Source: Minisyncoccota bacterium (GTDB lineage Bacteria; Patescibacteriota; Minisyncoccia; Phycocordibacterales; SBAW01). Taken from it: a DNA stretch of 64,000 bases. The notes beneath the pieces were generated by a model. That model did no database searches, was not told where the DNA came from, and worked only from the letters and a program-made list of their open reading frames with translations. Where the stretch lies: positions 49,082 through 113,081 of the forward strand of contig DASZWN010000001.1 of assembly GCA_035546575.1 (NCBI GenBank), in the 5' to 3' direction. This document shows, piece by piece, positions 27,963 through 38,271 of this stretch. The position numbers and the translations under genes were made by a program. Every line of letters starts with the position of its first letter. Within the stretch, counting starts at the first letter, position 1.

Positions 27963-28158
27963 ATTCTTTATAAATACTTATTACTATTACTAGTGGTGTG
28001 GATTGCTCGGATAACTCTTTTTTATGTTGTAGGAAAAGGTTGGAATGTTGATTTTAAAAAAGGATAACCTGGTTGCAGTAGTATTCTTGGTGTTCATAGT
28101 ATTTTTGTAGTTCTATTTTGGTTGATTTTCTCCCCAGTGATATCCCAAGTAATCCCCA

Positions 28159-29493
28159 TCATTTCAACATCATACGAATCTGGTGGATCTCTTGGCTCAA
28201 GATACTGTCAGTTAAGATGTCGTTTTTTACTTTGTCACATGAGTGGATCACGGTAGTGTGATCACGGCCGCCAAGCTTTTCTCCAATGGTTGGGAACGAA
28301 ATGTGAAAGTCCTCGCGCAAAAGATACATGATCACTTGTCGAGGGCGCACTACCTCCTTGCGGCGAGTTTTTTCATAAATACTTGCCTCTTCTATGCCGT
28401 AAAAGTTGGCAATCGTTTTGACCACCTCTTGTACCGAAACAGCCTTTTTAGCGCTGCTCCCTGAGCCACGCAACAGCAGTTTTGCATCGGCGAGCGTAAT
28501 CGGCTTACCGCGCATCTCAAACTGGATTAAAAGTGTATTGAGTGCTCCCTCGAGCTCTCGCACGTTACCCTCTACGGTAGAAGCGAGATATTCCATCACA
28601 TCGTCGGCGACGATAAAGTTATGTTGCGCCGCCTTTGCTTGCACTATCGCAAGCCGAGACTCGTGGTCGGGAGTAGTAACCGAGACGATCATGCCTGCGT
28701 TAAGGCGCGACTTGATGCGGTCCTCCAGGTTTTGGATCATGTTGGGGTGCTGGTCGCTCGAAAACACGAGCTGTTTGTTGCTGTCATGCAAAAAGTTAAA
28801 GAGATGAAAGAACTCCTCCTTTGTTTTTTCCATTTTTGCCAAAAACTGGACGTCGTCCATGATCAGTACGTCGTATTGGCGATATTTTTCTTTAAAAAAC
28901 TGCACTTTCCCGGAGCCAAGCGAGGCAACATAATCCATCGCAAATTTTTCCGAGGTCATGTATTGCACTTTACGCTCAGGGGCATTAACGCGGAAATGAT
29001 TCCCTATCGCCTGGATCAAATGTGTTTTACCTAGGCCGGTCGGCCCCCAGACTAGAAGCGGATTATAGGCGATACCCGGCTTGCGGATCACGGCTTGCGC
29101 GGCCGCATGCGCGAGTTCGTTAAATGGCCCAACCACAAGAGAATTTAGGGTAAAACGCGGATTAAGATTGGTCTTTTGATGCACATTCTCAAGCGGAAGC
29201 TCCGTTGGTGCTGCTGCGCGTACCTCCTCTACAGGTTTTTTTGAGCCGCGGGAAATCACGTACTCGACGGTGCGGATATTTTCCGAGAGTCCGCGCAGTG
29301 AATGGAGGATATCCTTGTGGAATTTGGTAGAGAGCCAGTCGCGAGCAAACTGGCTGGGCACTCCTAAGTGCGCCACACCCTCCTCTACGCGTATCAGGTG
29401 TGTATCTTTAAACCACGTGTTGAAATTTGGGCGAGAGATCGCAAGTTCGAGTTCTACAAGAGCGTTTTCCCAAATTTCTTTTGTGGTTGTCAT
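28159..29493 (-). CDS. dnaA: Chromosomal replication initiator DnaA
   Basis: [44 protein letters not shown]; start taken at MTTTKE. Confidence 0.98.
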   Translation of the reverse strand: MTTTKEIWENALVELELAISRPNFNTWFKDTHLIRVEEGVAHLGVPSQFARDWLSTKFHKDILHSLRGLSENIRTVEYVISRGSKKPVEEVRAAAPTELPLENVHQKTNLNPRFTLNSLVVGPFNELAHAAAQAVIRKPGIAYNPLLVWGPTGLGKTHLIQAIGNHFRVNAPERKVQYMTSEKFAMDYVASLGSGKVQFFKEKYRQYDVLIMDDVQFLAKMEKTKEEFFHLFNFLHDSNKQLVFSSDQHPNMIQNLEDRIKSRLNAGMIVSVTTPDHESRLAIVQAKAAQHNFIVADDVMEYLASTVEGNVRELEGALNTLLIQFEMRGKPITLADAKLLLRGSGSSAKKAVSVQEVVKTIANFYGIEEASIYEKTRRKEVVRPRQVIMYLLREDFHISFPTIGEKLGGRDHTTVIHSCDKVKNDILTDSILSQEIHQIRMMLK

Positions 29494-29598
29494 AGTCTGC
29501 ACGGTCACACAACAATACGCTCCGCCCACCCCCGAGTCAAAACAGTACTTTTGTGTACAAAGGTGTGGAGAAACTGGGGATATGCTATAGTCTCCTGT

Positions 29599-29733
29599 AT
29601 GTCACAAACATACCAGCCTAAAAAGCGGAAACGCGCCCGTGCCCACGGCTTTTTAAAGCGCACCAGCACCCCGGGAGGTAAAAAGACGCTTTTGCGCCGA
29701 CGCCGTAAAGGCCGCGCAAAGACGAATGTATAA
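29599..29733 (+). CDS. rpmH: 50S ribosomal protein L34
   Basis: [35 protein letters not shown]. Confidence 0.96.
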   Translation: MSQTYQPKKRKRARAHGFLKRTSTPGGKKTLLRRRRKGRAKTNV

Positions 29734-29741
29734 TAGGGTTT

Positions 29742-30065
29742 ATGCTGCCTAAGCGCAGGCGCCTTACCAGTGCCGAGGTTAGCGAGGTTATCACTCAGGG
29801 CAAGCCATTGCGGGGTGCTATGCTCTCCATAAAGCATCTCCCCTCTCCCGGTGGCCTTAAAGCAGCTGTGGTAGCACCAAAGTCGCTCGTCCCTAGGGCG
29901 GTAGATCGCAATCGCCTCCGTCGCGCCCTTTATGCGGCACTAAAAACCCTTCCAGGAGAGTCATTTAAGGGCTCAAAAGCAGTGTTTTTTGTCCGCACTA
30001 TCCCTCCAGCGCCCCTTACTTCTGCGTTTCGCGAGGAGCTTACCCTATTAGCAAAAAAGATATAA
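29742..30065 (+). CDS. rnpA: Ribonuclease P protein component
   Basis: MLPKRRRL, RNR motif AVDRNRLRR, synteny after rpmH. Confidence 0.9.
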   Translation: MLPKRRRLTSAEVSEVITQGKPLRGAMLSIKHLPSPGGLKAAVVAPKSLVPRAVDRNRLRRALYAALKTLPGESFKGSKAVFFVRTIPPAPLTSAFREELTLLAKKI

Positions 30066-30068
30066 CTC

Positions 30069-30806
30069 ATGTTTGAAACACTGCTCGTTAAGCCTCTCTA
30101 CAACGGTTTTATATTTTTGATAGGCGTTATGCCGGGTGGCGACGTGGGGTTTGCCATCATCGTGCTCACGCTTATTATCCGCGTCCTGTTCTACCCCGCC
30201 TTTGCAGCGTCGATCAGGACCCAGATGGGCATGCAAGCAGCGCAGGCCGAATTAGACGAGATCAATAAGAAATACAAGGACGATTCGACCGCCAAGGCGC
30301 AGCATACCCTCGCACTCTATAAAGAGAAGAATATCCGCCCGTTTGCAGGTTTTGTCGCTCTGTTAGTCCAAATCCCGGTATTTCTTGCACTCTACTTCGC
30401 ATTTTTCCGAGAGGGGCTCCCGCATATCGCCGAAAACCTTCTTTATTCGTTCGTCCATGTGCCTGCTATGGTTAATCTCGACTTCCTGGGCTTTGTTAAC
30501 CTACTTGAGGCGCACAACATAGTGCTTGCTGTTATCGTGGCCGGGCTCCAGTACCTGGTCGCCTATTTCTCTATGGCTCGTACTAATACCGCGCTTGCTG
30601 CTATGCCTAAAGAGCGTCAGGCTGCGCAACGTATGCAGCAGCAGATGATGCTCTACTTTCTCCCCGCTATTATGGCTTTTGCCGCCTACAGCCTCCCGGC
30701 TGCGGTAGGCCTTTACTTTGCTGCAGGCAATGTTGTTTCTCTTGCGCAGGAGTGGGTAATCCGCAAACAGCTCGCCAAAAAAGCCAATACAGTAGGCACA
30801 ACATAG
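30069..30806 (+). CDS. yidC: Membrane protein insertase YidC/Oxa1 (short form)
   Basis: GFAIIVLTLIIR, LYKEKNIRPFAG..LLVQIPV, PAAVGLY. Confidence 0.94.
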   Translation: MFETLLVKPLYNGFIFLIGVMPGGDVGFAIIVLTLIIRVLFYPAFAASIRTQMGMQAAQAELDEINKKYKDDSTAKAQHTLALYKEKNIRPFAGFVALLVQIPVFLALYFAFFREGLPHIAENLLYSFVHVPAMVNLDFLGFVNLLEAHNIVLAVIVAGLQYLVAYFSMARTNTALAAMPKERQAAQRMQQQMMLYFLPAIMAFAAYSLPAAVGLYFAAGNVVSLAQEWVIRKQLAKKANTVGTT

Positions 30807-30849
30807 CAGCTTGTTGCGCGGGGTATCCCCCTTGGGGTATTGTGTCTTT

Positions 30850-31296
30850 ATGGACGCCACTCTCCTCCAAAAATTTGTTCAGACTACGCTTTCTCTATTA
30901 GGCATTGAAGCGGAAAGCGTCTCAGTCTCAACCGGGCATCGCACCGTGGTTGCTATAAAAACCAAAGAGTCAAAAGAGTTGATAGGTCCCGGAGGCGACC
31001 ACTTGCGAGCGCTCAACACCATTGCGCGCCGGCTTATAGAAACAAAATATGGCGAGGACGCCGCAAACTTTTTAATCGACGTAAACGATTTTTATGAGTC
31101 AAAGATGGAAGGCGTGCGTGCGCAGGCAAAAATGCTTGCACAACGCGCACGACTTTTTAAACATGACGTTGAGATGACTCCAATGAGCGCTTACGAGCGC
31201 CTTGTGGTACACGAGCTTTTTTCAGACGATCCGGAAATCAAGACTGAGTCGCAGGGCGAAGGGAAATTCCGCCACATCGTGCTCAAATATAAATAA
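30850..31296 (+). CDS. jag: KH-R3H RNA-binding protein (Jag/KhpB, lacking N-terminal Jag domain)
   Basis: LIGPGG..LRAL, PMSAYERLVVH, TESQGEG..RHIV; synteny after yidC. Confidence 0.88.
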   Translation: MDATLLQKFVQTTLSLLGIEAESVSVSTGHRTVVAIKTKESKELIGPGGDHLRALNTIARRLIETKYGEDAANFLIDVNDFYESKMEGVRAQAKMLAQRARLFKHDVEMTPMSAYERLVVHELFSDDPEIKTESQGEGKFRHIVLKYK

Positions 31297-31326
31297 AAGC
31301 TATTGCGTGAGGCGTACCCGTCTCGA

Positions 31327-32577
31327 CTACTGCGTCGAGCCGAGGCGGACTCCCCAGAGCGAATGATCGCCTTTTTTAATAAACAATAAGTAGTGCTCGT
31401 CCGGCGAGACTGCAATCTCGGTAATATCTGACGCAGCTCCCCCGTCCTCGCCACCTGGCAAAGCAATAATATCGCTTTTATTCGCACTCACATTAAACGA
31501 GAATAGTGCGTCCGGCAGTGTTGCAGCACCCTGATGCCACAAATCGAGGTATCCCGGCGGCACATACTGGAGTGGCGCTGCGCAGTACATGGTAGAAGTG
31601 GAAACACTGCTCCACACGCACTTCTCCGGGATCGGGTCAAACGAGAGCCCGGATTCTTTACCTGTTTTGACCTCGTGGACGTACGTTGACGCAGCACCGT
31701 TTACTCCCGATGATGTTTGGTATACCACGCGGCTGAAGCTCTTGTCTGCGGTTGCAGTTACGCCAGACGCAGAGAGCAGTGTGGAAACGGCGCCCGTAGC
31801 TGCCGAGATAGAAAATACCATACCCGGGTACCCTGCGGCGCTTTTTGTTTGTGCAAGAATCGTATTTTGCGCCGGCCACAAGAGTACTATCTGTGAGAGC
31901 GGCAGCGAAAAGAGTTTTTTGCCGTTTGTACCATCCGGTTTGGATATGTATCCGTCGCTGCCCACAGCGGTGGTAAGCAGATATACGATACTTTTACCGT
32001 CCGGAGAGGCTGCAACACTTATCACATTGTCCGGGAGAAATTGCACGCGCACCGGGCGGCTTGCAGCGGAAGTGGTAGTGGCTGCAGGCAGTCCCAGGTA
32101 AACCGTTTTTATCACAGTGGCATCAAGATATTGGAGTACCACCCCTGCACCGCCGTCGGTCCAGACACCCTGAACCGAGCCTGGAATAGTGGTGTTTGAT
32201 ACTGCGCGCGGTACCGCGCCCGCATTGTCGAGTGTCAGGTCAAACACATGGCCGTTTTCTTGGAGTACAAAGCGGGCAATAGTGGTTGTAGGGTGGAATG
32301 TTTGTATAAAGCTGGCGCTTGTTACTGGCGAGTCGGTTATTTTAAAGATTTTTTGTTGCGTTTGTTGAGTCGTGCTCACAATCTGGTTGTCGGTATCCGC
32401 AGAAGACGCACTACCAAGAGGTACGGTAACCGTGCGATTGTCCCCTACTCCAAACTCAGGGCCACCCGCTGAGGGAGTCTGTGTCGAGTCAGATCGGAAA
32501 AAGACAAACCAAGCAGTCCCAAAAAGGAGTACTAGTACTCCCACTCCCGCCGCAATTGGTTTCCAATCAAAGTTCAT
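31327..32577 (-). CDS. Membrane-anchored beta-propeller-like protein
   Basis: N-terminal TM, SPDG/SPDE TolB-like repeats, CVWS..YCA motif. Confidence 0.7.
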   Translation of the reverse strand: MNFDWKPIAAGVGVLVLLFGTAWFVFFRSDSTQTPSAGGPEFGVGDNRTVTVPLGSASSADTDNQIVSTTQQTQQKIFKITDSPVTSASFIQTFHPTTTIARFVLQENGHVFDLTLDNAGAVPRAVSNTTIPGSVQGVWTDGGAGVVLQYLDATVIKTVYLGLPAATTTSAASRPVRVQFLPDNVISVAASPDGKSIVYLLTTAVGSDGYISKPDGTNGKKLFSLPLSQIVLLWPAQNTILAQTKSAAGYPGMVFSISAATGAVSTLLSASGVTATADKSFSRVVYQTSSGVNGAASTYVHEVKTGKESGLSFDPIPEKCVWSSVSTSTMYCAAPLQYVPPGYLDLWHQGAATLPDALFSFNVSANKSDIIALPGGEDGGAASDITEIAVSPDEHYLLFIKKGDHSLWGVRLGSTQ

Positions 32578-32578
32578 A

Positions 32579-33532
32579 TTAATTTGATCCTATCCCGCCC
32601 GCCGAAGCTTTTACGCAACTGTACGATCCATCAGGGCCTATCTTATAGTTTCCGTACAGTGCTTCACAACTGTCATGATCCCCTTTGTCGTACGATCCTA
32701 CATTACGCACCGATTGCTGTTGTGCTGCGGGCGTGTTGTTCGAGCCCGGAACAACCAGATTAAATTTTAGAAGATCAGGATTGATGGTGTAGAGAATAAG
32801 CCATGAGCCAGCCAAAAGGAGTAACCCATAGATAGAGGAAGTCATCCATCGCTTAGCGTCTCCCTTTGTTTCCATCACCTCGGAGGTCATGTACATAATG
32901 CCTCCCACAACCAACCTTCCTACAGCGAGCAATGCGCCTACAGAAAGAAAGAGCTTAAACATAAGGTTTAAGTATGCGCCAAAGTCAGAAGCAATATTGG
33001 CAGGAGCATCGGGAAGCAACGGCTCAAGCGGAGTGTAGGAAATATTTCCGTTTGAGTTGCTGGAGCCTCTATTTGTATTTCCAGAACTGCTTTGAGTTGT
33101 TGCAGAGGTCGGAGATACTGATGTAGGCGAAGCGGTTGAAGAGGTAGTAACCGTATAGCCAGAGGGAGCTGCGGTACAGTGCATTCCTCCGCCAGAAGAA
33201 GAGCAGCCGCTCGGGAGCCTTCCAGATACAGGGATCGGGCAGTCGTATCCGCCTGAGGCTGCGGTGCATACGGCTGGTGTAAGATCGCATGTGTGTGCCG
33301 TGCCACTACCGGAACACGTATATCCGTTTGGTTCGCCGCTGCATTTGAGCTGCGTTGCTCCAAACAGGTCGCAATTGCCAGGTTTCTCCATTTCGCCGGT
33401 TATGTCGCAGACATACTGCACTTGTGACCCGGCCTGCTGCTCGCTACAGCTGATATCGGCTCCCTGTACAGATAAAGGAGCTAAAAAGCTAAGAACAAGC
33501 ACTATAGGGAAAAGGAGTCCGATTTTTTTCAT
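32579..33532 (-). CDS. TrbC/VirB2-like T4SS pilin with Cys-rich N-terminal extension
   Basis: Pilin core LAVGRLVVGGIMYMTS..KGDAK..SSIYGLLLLAGSWLILYTINPDL; signal peptide. Confidence 0.8.
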   Translation of the reverse strand: MKKIGLLFPIVLVLSFLAPLSVQGADISCSEQQAGSQVQYVCDITGEMEKPGNCDLFGATQLKCSGEPNGYTCSGSGTAHTCDLTPAVCTAASGGYDCPIPVSGRLPSGCSSSGGGMHCTAAPSGYTVTTSSTASPTSVSPTSATTQSSSGNTNRGSSNSNGNISYTPLEPLLPDAPANIASDFGAYLNLMFKLFLSVGALLAVGRLVVGGIMYMTSEVMETKGDAKRWMTSSIYGLLLLAGSWLILYTINPDLLKFNLVVPGSNNTPAAQQQSVRNVGSYDKGDHDSCEALYGNYKIGPDGSYSCVKASAGGIGSN

Positions 33533-34554
33533 AATCCAAATGCTGATAATGCGGTGTCTGTTTGCCCTCCAAACATAATTCTCAAAGCAGCTTGTGCGTC
33601 CTGTACAAACTTTTTAGGGTCGGTATTTTGTACCTCCACACTAACATCTGCTTGTCCGGCCCCGTTCCCTGCCTGCCTTAATGTGAGTATGCCACTGTCT
33701 GAATTCGGGCCAGACGTGCTGTCCCCGTTAAGCGTCCATGCAAAAGATGCGGTGCCGCCTCTAAGGCTCTCATTCGCAAAATAATAGGGCGCAGCCAGAA
33801 GCGTGATCTCTTTCCCGACAAGCGTTATAGTCGATGGAAATGCCTGGTCGTACAGAACGCCTCGCAACGGGTCTTTATTATAAAAAAGCACTCCTGGGTT
33901 AACTGCAGGGATAAATACCGATGCTTGCCCCACGAGCGAGCTCCCAAAGTAGATATCTACATCAACCTGCTCACCGCTGCGCAACTGGCTCCCTTGGAAT
34001 GTAAAGGTATTGTGGCCTTTGCCCGAGGCTACAGTAACCGGGTCGCCATTGAGTTTCCACTGGAACGAGAGGTTGTTTGCGGTGACTGTTCCCCCACTCA
34101 ACACTACCTGCGGGAATGCAACCACTTTTATGCTCGATCCTGCGGTATATAACGCTTTGCCGCGATAGAGTGGCGGCACCGAAGTATCTGCTTCCCAGAA
34201 CAAAGCTGTGCGAGTTGGAGTAAATACAAAATCGTTGGTGATCGTCCCCTGTATGGAGGAATTTATAACTACGTGGACTCGCGTAGTGACTCCGAGGTCG
34301 CCTGTAGTAAACGAGAATGTCTTTTGTCCTACCCCCGACAAAACAGTCTTTCCATTGACTTGCCATGTGATAGTAGCGTCACCCAGAAAAGTCCCCACAC
34401 CTTGTACCTCCATGGTCGTAAGCTGGTTTGGGCCAGGGACGTCGGGGTTAGTGATATAGCGCACAGGGTCCACACCTAGACTTTGTGCACGTACAAAGCT
34501 TCCGGTAAGGAAAATAAGTCCAAGCAGTATGATGATTTTAAAATTATGCCGCAT
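33529..34554 (-). CDS. Secreted Ig-like/beta-sandwich repeat protein
   Basis: Signal peptide; three repeats of (I/F).W..NG; LFWEADT.VPP.YRGKAL motif. Confidence 0.7.
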   Translation of the reverse strand: MRHNFKIIILLGLIFLTGSFVRAQSLGVDPVRYITNPDVPGPNQLTTMEVQGVGTFLGDATITWQVNGKTVLSGVGQKTFSFTTGDLGVTTRVHVVINSSIQGTITNDFVFTPTRTALFWEADTSVPPLYRGKALYTAGSSIKVVAFPQVVLSGGTVTANNLSFQWKLNGDPVTVASGKGHNTFTFQGSQLRSGEQVDVDIYFGSSLVGQASVFIPAVNPGVLFYNKDPLRGVLYDQAFPSTITLVGKEITLLAAPYYFANESLRGGTASFAWTLNGDSTSGPNSDSGILTLRQAGNGAGQADVSVEVQNTDPKKFVQDAQAALRIMFGGQTDTALSAFGL

Positions 34555-35290
34555 ATGCTGTACGTCCACGCCCGCCCTCTATATCCTTAAGAGTATCATT
34601 TGCAGCGCGAGGAATCTTGAGATTATCATTTGCAACTGTGGGCTGTTTCGGCGGCTTAATGTCGCTGTCTACTCCCCTTCCAAGCTGCAGGGCCGGCGTT
34701 CTCTCCGGCGTTTCTACACGCACAGGGCCTTCTTGTTCTTGTTGAGATATTTGTTGCGACTGGTCCTGCGAAGGTCCCCTGTTTACTCCCCCCGCAATCG
34801 TAGCGACTGTTGCTCCCGGAGAAGTTGCTGAAGTTGTCAGATTGCCAGCTATTGAGAGAACACCAGTTCCCTCCTCTGCATTCTTTTTTAAGACACAAAG
34901 AATAGTAAGCGTTGTCCAGAAGGGGATTATATTAAGGCCCGGAATGAGCTCCCCGCCTCCCCAGATCAGGTATTTTGGGTACAAGATTCCGTTAAACCCC
35001 ATAAGGGCAATTAAAAAGACCCCGAGCGTGGCACTAATGCAAAAGCCCAATGCTATGCCCATACCCATGCTGATAGGCAGTGTTGCAACCGCAAGTATCC
35101 CATTAACGAAGGGTAACCCTCCGATGGCACCGAGTACTTTGCAGCCAATGTCACCTGCAATTTGAGTTCCCACAAAACAGCCGCCGATAGGACCTGGTAA
35201 AGCCCCCACTGCAAATAATGCAACAGACATAAAAGCCTGAAAGCCGTCTATCAAAAGTCCAAGCAATATAAATAATACCCCTTTACTCAT
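34544..35290 (-). CDS. Membrane protein of the T4SS-like cluster
   Basis: 3-4 TM, ELIPGLNIIPFWT motif, disordered C-terminus. Confidence 0.7.
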   Translation of the reverse strand: MSKGVLFILLGLLIDGFQAFMSVALFAVGALPGPIGGCFVGTQIAGDIGCKVLGAIGGLPFVNGILAVATLPISMGMGIALGFCISATLGVFLIALMGFNGILYPKYLIWGGGELIPGLNIIPFWTTLTILCVLKKNAEEGTGVLSIAGNLTTSATSPGATVATIAGGVNRGPSQDQSQQISQQEQEGPVRVETPERTPALQLGRGVDSDIKPPKQPTVANDNLKIPRAANDTLKDIEGGRGRTAYAA

Positions 35291-37125
35291 GATGTAGTTG
35301 GAGCAGAGCTCGACGCAGTGTTGGCAGCATCGGACCGTTGTTTGCGCAGTGCGAGCACCTGACTTGGATCAGAGGTAATGATCTGATCCTCGGTATACGA
35401 AGCAATTATTTTAATAGCAACGTGTTTGAGGCCGGCAAAAAAGATTCCCTCCCCCACATCAGACTCAAGAAGCAGGAACTTTTCCTCATCGGAAAGGTTG
35501 AATGTCTTTTGGAGGTTATCAATCGTAGTCGGCGATTGCTTGAGCAAAAGCTGAATCGACGAGTTAGTGATCATCGGGAGGCCATAAGGCGACTTAAGGA
35601 AGTCGTCCACATCTTGCGTAATAGTCGCGAGCCCCAAATAGTATTTGCGGCCGCGCTTTGCCATACCGTAGAGGAACGAGGCGGTGTCCTCCGACTTCAT
35701 CATCCACCACGCTTCGTCGATCACGAGCAGGCGCTTCTTTAGATTTTTGCGCACCGTGTTCCAGATGTAGTGCGTAATCAGGTACATCGCGACCGGCTTA
35801 AGGTCGTCCTCCATGTCGCGCACCGAAAATACGACGAACTTTTTGTTGATGTCGACGTTTGTTGCCTGGTTGATAAATCCGGCCCAAGTTCCTTTGGTAT
35901 ATTTGGAGAGGCGCTGCACTAATGACTCGCTTCCCTCCATACCTGCAAGCACCAGTTCAAAGTCGCTTAGGAGCGGCGGCTCAATCTGGCTGAAGTCGGA
36001 GTCAACCGTAATGTCTTTAAGCGCATACGTTTCGGTAATAGCGCGGTCCATAATCGCGTCCTCCTCCGGCGTGAGGCCGCCCATCATAAGGCGGAACATG
36101 CCCACAAGGGCTACGATATTGCTGCGCAGCACATCGGCCGGCGACTCGTCCTCGCGTGGAGGGGCCAGATCAAACGGGTTGATGTGGTGCTCGGAGTTGA
36201 GAGAAATATTGAAGTAGCGCCCCCCTACCGCCTGGGAGAGGAACTCGTACTCGCGCTCCGGGTCGATCACGATAACCTCGGTATCAAACATGAGCGTGCG
36301 CAAAATTTCGAGTTTGGTTGCATACGATTTGCCGGAGCCCGATTTTGCGAATATCACCGAGTTGTAGTTCTCCAGAGAAAAGCGGTCAAACAGCACGAGC
36401 GATGCGTTGTGGCGGTTAACGCCATATAAAATCCCTTTGTCGGAGGTGAGATCAAACGAGACGAATGGGAAAATTGATGAAAGCGGCGAGGAATTTAATT
36501 TTGAGTTTACGTTAAGCGCGTCTTCTCCCAGCGGCAGCACCGATTTAAACCCCTGCTCTTGCTGAAAGAGTGCCGGTTTAACGTACACCAGGCGCGACTC
36601 AAGCATCGACTTGATCTCGCTCTCTGCCTTGTCGAGTTCCTCCACTGTTGCGCCGTAGATCGTAATGTATACGCCAACGTCAAAGATGCGCTCCTGTGCC
36701 TGCTGGAGCTGGTCGCGCAGGTCTTCCAGGTCGCGGTACGCGGTGTCGAGTATCGGGTCGCGCACCAGGCCTTTTTGCTCGCGAGTCATAATCTGCGACT
36801 GCACCTCAGCCACCTTTTTTTGGAACTTTTTAAGAATCTCGGCCGAGTCTATCGGGTGGATAAAGATAGACACATCAAGCACTCGGTCTAGGTTGATAAC
36901 CGGGGCAAACCAAGAGTCGGTAAGCGTGCGCGGATATGACATCACAAAGAAAGTACGTGCTATTTTGTCGCCCAAGTTAAGCTCGCGCGGAGTTATCTTA
37001 AGTGCCGAGGGGGCAATAACGTCTTGGAGCTCGAGTATGCCCTGTTTGTAGATCTGTTCAGGCAAAATCGGCGCCATCGGTGCCGGAGCAGACTGCTTTT
37101 GTTTTAGAAAGTCGAGTAAAGCCAT
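35287..37125 (-). CDS. VirB4-like secretion/conjugation ATPase
   Basis: Walker A AKSGSGKS, VIDPEREY, INPFD, Walker B VIDEAW, KRGRKY, ITQ. Confidence 0.92.
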   Translation of the reverse strand: MALLDFLKQKQSAPAPMAPILPEQIYKQGILELQDVIAPSALKITPRELNLGDKIARTFFVMSYPRTLTDSWFAPVINLDRVLDVSIFIHPIDSAEILKKFQKKVAEVQSQIMTREQKGLVRDPILDTAYRDLEDLRDQLQQAQERIFDVGVYITIYGATVEELDKAESEIKSMLESRLVYVKPALFQQEQGFKSVLPLGEDALNVNSKLNSSPLSSIFPFVSFDLTSDKGILYGVNRHNASLVLFDRFSLENYNSVIFAKSGSGKSYATKLEILRTLMFDTEVIVIDPEREYEFLSQAVGGRYFNISLNSEHHINPFDLAPPREDESPADVLRSNIVALVGMFRLMMGGLTPEEDAIMDRAITETYALKDITVDSDFSQIEPPLLSDFELVLAGMEGSESLVQRLSKYTKGTWAGFINQATNVDINKKFVVFSVRDMEDDLKPVAMYLITHYIWNTVRKNLKKRLLVIDEAWWMMKSEDTASFLYGMAKRGRKYYLGLATITQDVDDFLKSPYGLPMITNSSIQLLLKQSPTTIDNLQKTFNLSDEEKFLLLESDVGEGIFFAGLKHVAIKIIASYTEDQIITSDPSQVLALRKQRSDAANTASSSAPTTS

Positions 37126-37126
37126 A

Positions 37127-37795
37127 CTATTTTTGTGCTGCCATATTGGTAACCTGGAGCGGCTTTTCAAGTTCGCCGGGGTTAAACAGCTTGTAGAAGA
37201 GCTCGATCACCTCCTCGGTACCAAGTTTGACCACGCGCACAGAGGTGCGTACCAACCCTTGTTCCACAACCGAGATTCGCTGCTCGAGCTGCGTGCGATA
37301 TTGCTCGAACTGCTCGTCGGTCAAAGAGTTGGATGCATTTTTGCCTGTCGGCAGCAAATTGCCGAGCGCCGAGATGCCTCCGCCCCGAGCAATAAGCGCC
37401 GGGTCGTACGGCACAACGATAAAAAAGTTCTTGGCCATGATATTGGCACGCTCAGTAAAGTCTTTGATAAAAACGATGTACTCCCGGATCTGGATCTTCA
37501 TCAGGTCGTCGAGCTCAAGCGCATAGCGCTCCTCAAGGAGGGCAATATATGGCCGCACATCCAGGTCTCGGCTCTCAATAAAAAACTGCACCGAGAATTC
37601 GAGCGAATTGAGAAAGTTTTGGAACTGCCCGATAATCGCCTGCTGCTCGTCACTGCTCTTGAGTGCCAAGTTAATAGACGAGGCCATCAGGAGCGCGCGC
37701 AGCGAGCCGTCTTTAAGAATAATAACGCCGTCGCGCACCTCTTTAATGGGTACGAATTCCTGTGTTGCTTGAGCTTTTACTTTTTGGTCAGGCAT
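37127..37795 (-). CDS. TraC-like protein (split N-terminal partner of the VirB4 ATPase)
   Basis: SSINLALKSSDEQ, FQNFLNSL, KNFFIVVPY; lies between prgI-like and virB4-like genes. Confidence 0.75.
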   Translation of the reverse strand: MPDQKVKAQATQEFVPIKEVRDGVIILKDGSLRALLMASSINLALKSSDEQQAIIGQFQNFLNSLEFSVQFFIESRDLDVRPYIALLEERYALELDDLMKIQIREYIVFIKDFTERANIMAKNFFIVVPYDPALIARGGGISALGNLLPTGKNASNSLTDEQFEQYRTQLEQRISVVEQGLVRTSVRVVKLGTEEVIELFYKLFNPGELEKPLQVTNMAAQK

Positions 37796-37800
37796 AGGAT

Positions 37801-38247
37801 TTAAATCTCAAAGCCGGTACGCGCAGTGGTGTCCGCCACTCCCATCTTAGCCCGATCTTTTATATTGAGTGACCAAGCCAAATCCTTGAGTTTGCTTTCG
37901 GAAAGTTTTGGCACTCCGGATACTGTCGCAACAGCTGTAGGTGCAACAGCTGCCTCGGGAGTTTTTGCCTCGTGTTGTTTCCAGAGATACAGCTTATGAC
38001 CCAGGATATAGCTGAACGCATGTTCGATCACCACAATAAGTGGCCGGCCGTTAACCTGGTAGAACGCAAGACCTGCCGAGAGTGCAATCACCGGTATGGC
38101 TAGAATAACGGTGAGATAAAGAGGCAAGAGCGAAAAGAAGATAAGACACAGCCCTCCCCCGCCCGCCAAGTAGATAAACTGTTTTAAGGTCAGCGGACCA
38201 AAAATCTTGTCTTCTATCTCGATAAACTGAGGAACCTGATAGCGCAT
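37801..38247 (-). CDS. PrgI family (VirB3-like) protein
   Basis: MRYQVPQFIEIEDKIFGPLTLKQF, 2 TM, NGRP. Confidence 0.88.
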   Translation of the reverse strand: MRYQVPQFIEIEDKIFGPLTLKQFIYLAGGGGLCLIFFSLLPLYLTVILAIPVIALSAGLAFYQVNGRPLIVVIEHAFSYILGHKLYLWKQHEAKTPEAAVAPTAVATVSGVPKLSESKLKDLAWSLNIKDRAKMGVADTTARTGFEI

Positions 38248-38271
38248 CGCTATCTAGTATATCGCATTATT

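Noticed and set aside
27963-28158. AT-rich dnaA-dnaN spacer as oriC
   Set aside because: Only degenerate DnaA boxes (e.g. TGTGGATTG); the 60.9-kb cluster is better supported. A secondary role is not excluded.
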